DNA of 64,000 bases, from positions 186,896 through 250,895 of the forward strand of contig JBFIJL010000001.1 of NCBI GenBank assembly GCA_041600755.1, written 5' to 3'. Shown in pieces: positions 62,188-64,000 of this stretch. Numbering within the stretch: position 1 is the stretch's first letter; every line of letters starts with the position of its first letter. The position numbers were made by a program, and so were the translations under genes. Below the pieces are notes generated by a model. The model did no database searches. It saw nothing but the letters and a program-made list of their open reading frames with translations, and was not told where the DNA came from. The DNA is from Candidatus Saccharimonadales bacterium (GTDB taxonomy: Bacteria; Patescibacteriota; Saccharimonadia; Saccharimonadales; JAXHNE01).

Positions 62188-64000
62188 TAACTTCCTCCTG
62201 AGCTTGACCAGTGCCAACATTCGCTCGCTACTGCAGCATTTATTCCGTAACGTGGCGCATTAGTAGCTAGCCAAGCATATACCGGATATGTAGAAGGGCT
62301 AGCTTTACAGGTGGTTAGTGATGGATCGGTTGCTCCAGCTACAATATCAATGTCTATAGCTGCTCCAAACTGGTGATTTGACATTCCAGGCTTGGCTGCT
62401 TCACGACCCCCATTACAAGCCTTAGATACATAGCAATTATATAAATATTCCTGCTTCTCCTGTGATCTAAATGAACTGGATGTTCTAAGATTAATTCCCT
62501 CCATTTGGGCCTTTTTTGCCAACTCAGACCACTGTGCAGCTATGGTTGAATTAACTCGCGCCATACCATTATCGTCGGCGCTGGCAGAAGGTATCTCTGG
62601 GATGCCACACAATCTTATTTGATAGGCATTTCCTGATTTATAGCCAGTTGTTGGTCCAAGGTCTGTAGTATTCACTGGACATGGGGTGTCTGAGGTATTG
62701 CCTACGATCAAAGCTGATTCACCGACGGTTGTTGGAGTTCCCGGTGTGCTTGATACACCAGTGCTTTCTCCGATTTCTTCAGGGAAAAATTCCGCTTCAA
62801 GTCCGTCAATCAAGTCAAGATAAGCCAGATGACCCTTAAACCTTCTAGTTAGGTCTAGATTTGCCAGACAGTCATTCTTGACTTCGCTCTCGTCGTTGAA
62901 TTCTATAGGAGATATTATATCTGTATTTTGCACACAGTTTATGTAGTGATCTTTGAATTCTTCACTTTTGGGCTGCAGATTTTCAGCATCAATATGCCCG
63001 TATGTTATCAAGTAATCAACGTTATTTGGATCTAATGCGTATACCTCAATGTCTGGACGCATCATAACTTCAGGGTTTCCGGCAAAATCTGTCACTATCT
63101 CCTTACCATCCATATAACCACCGTCTATGGTGTATGAACCATACTCAACTTGATCATCTGCGTAGACAGTTGGTGACAAAATAGTTCCAGCAAACCCACC
63201 CCCCAAAAACCCTGTTATGCCACCAGCGAATAAATTGGGCGCACTACTTGCTAGGTTCTCGAGGCCGATAGGAAGTGTTGTTGCGAACTTAAACGCCAAA
63301 GATTCAGTATTATTTGTATCTAAGTAACGTTCAAATAGCGAATCTTTCGCCCTCTCTTCTTTTTGCCAGGCTAAGTAATCGGCCTCCATGCTAGCAAACT
63401 GTTGGGTGGTTACCGGCACCATGCCAGCATCCAAACTTCTTTGTTTGTTAGCCGTGCCTCCTCCAGCAAGTAAGATGGAAGATAGTTCACCACCTGTTTC
63501 TTGCCCCGTAACTGGTAGAGCAAGCTGCTGCTCAATATGCATCTGAGTTAAGATCATGATGCCCTCGAAACTAAGCTCCACCAAGGCTGCAAAAGCAAGT
63601 TGTTTGGCTACTTGCTTAGTAAAAATGCTCCTCACGGCGTTCTGCATAGAAGTTTTTATAGACTGTGTTATTCCCGTTCTGAGTGCTGTTTCTCCGGCAG
63701 CAGCACCGGCGCAGCCAACCCCCGCAGTAAACACGCAAACTACTCCTTTGCCGAAAGTTGTTACCGCCCCGCTAGTAATCTGAGCAACAGGGTTTTGTAT
63801 AACAGAACATTGATTCATGCTGGTGCCAGGAACGTTATCGGTTGCAGACTGTACTGCACCAAAAACCCCAGTGATTTGTCCATCGACCCCGTAAGCTGGT
63901 TTGTTTATATCGTTCTTGGATTTACTGAACATACCCGTGCTAGCTTTAGAGAATCCCGATGAAGATCCAAAATAATTTCCGAAAGTGTCCGCAACAACGA
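62187..64000 (-). CDS. VanY/M15B-type D-Ala-D-Ala carboxypeptidase-domain protein, 5' end outside the window
   Basis: C-terminal SSFRSQEKQEYLY, PGMSNHQFGAAIDI, SECWHWS motifs. The reading frame stays open upstream of the tracked ATG (63932) to the window edge (...VVADTFGNYFGSSSGFSKASTGMFSK...). Confidence 0.7.
   Translation of the reverse strand, partial: VVADTFGNYFGSSSGFSKASTGMFSKSKNDINKPAYGVDGQITGVFGAVQSATDNVPGTSMNQCSVIQNPVAQITSGAVTTFGKGVVCVFTAGVGCAGAAAGETALRTGITQSIKTSMQNAVRSIFTKQVAKQLAFAALVELSFEGIMILTQMHIEQQLALPVTGQETGGELSSILLAGGGTANKQRSLDAGMVPVTTQQFASMEADYLAWQKEERAKDSLFERYLDTNNTESLAFKFATTLPIGLENLASSAPNLFAGGITGFLGGGFAGTILSPTVYADDQVEYGSYTIDGGYMDGKEIVTDFAGNPEVMMRPDIEVYALDPNNVDYLITYGHIDAENLQPKSEEFKDHYINCVQNTDIISPIEFNDESEVKNDCLANLDLTRRFKGHLAYLDLIDGLEAEFFPEEIGESTGVSSTPGTPTTVGESALIVGNTSDTPCPVNTTDLGPTTGYKSGNAYQIRLCGIPEIPSASADDNGMARVNSTIAAQWSELAKKAQMEGINLRTSSSFRSQEKQEYLYNCYVSKACNGGREAAKPGMSNHQFGAAIDIDIVAGATDPSLTTCKASPSTYPVYAWLATNAPRYGINAAVASECWHWSSSGGS

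Overview
The window reads as a compact bacterial chromosome segment: about 90% coding, with many 1-4 nt start/stop overlaps and several convergent 3' overlaps. The style suggests a reduced Patescibacteria/CPR (Saccharibacteria-like) genome, but that is inference only and no search was run. All family calls come from motifs I recognise in the supplied translations.

Layout:
- 1-15.3 kb: housekeeping and envelope genes (aspS, CBS/DUF21 protein, DsbA-like, Kef-like antiporter, nadD, uppP, an ABC-2 exporter, a LexA-DBD-only protein).
- 15.3-49.4 kb: a roughly 34 kb cell-envelope glycopolymer locus. It holds a WbaP-type initiating transferase, glmS, galU, rfbBCDA, a QnlABC/FnlABC-like UDP-2-acetamido-2,6-dideoxy-L-hexose pathway, about ten glycosyltransferases, GtrA/GtrB-like/GT-C components, a pyruvyl transferase, a TagF-like transferase, Wzm/Wzt and a Wzy_C ligase-like protein. 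A visibly AT-richer mosaic core spans about 27.7-46.0 kb.
- 49.4-53.5 kb: a large surface SGNH hydrolase translationally coupled to two tandem paralogous small secreted proteins.
- 53.5-59.7 kb: the replication origin region (jag-yidC-rnpA-rpmH | DnaA boxes | dnaA | DnaA boxes + AT-rich element | dnaN-recF).
- 59.7-64.0 kb: an anchored hypothetical protein and two peptidoglycan hydrolases; the last is cut by the window edge.

Most notable non-obvious signals:
- A candidate cobalamin riboswitch (about 9.74-9.93 kb, minus strand) precedes an unrecognisable 415-aa Cys-tailed protein.
- The TAG stop of that protein is followed in frame by an untracked 52-codon zinc-ribbon ORF and then nadD.
- The SGNH hydrolase is followed by duplicated small proteins with a variable core.
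- A possible chain-terminating 'cap' module lies next to a Wzt that carries a C-terminal extension.

No tRNA, rRNA, CRISPR array or transposase was seen by eye.
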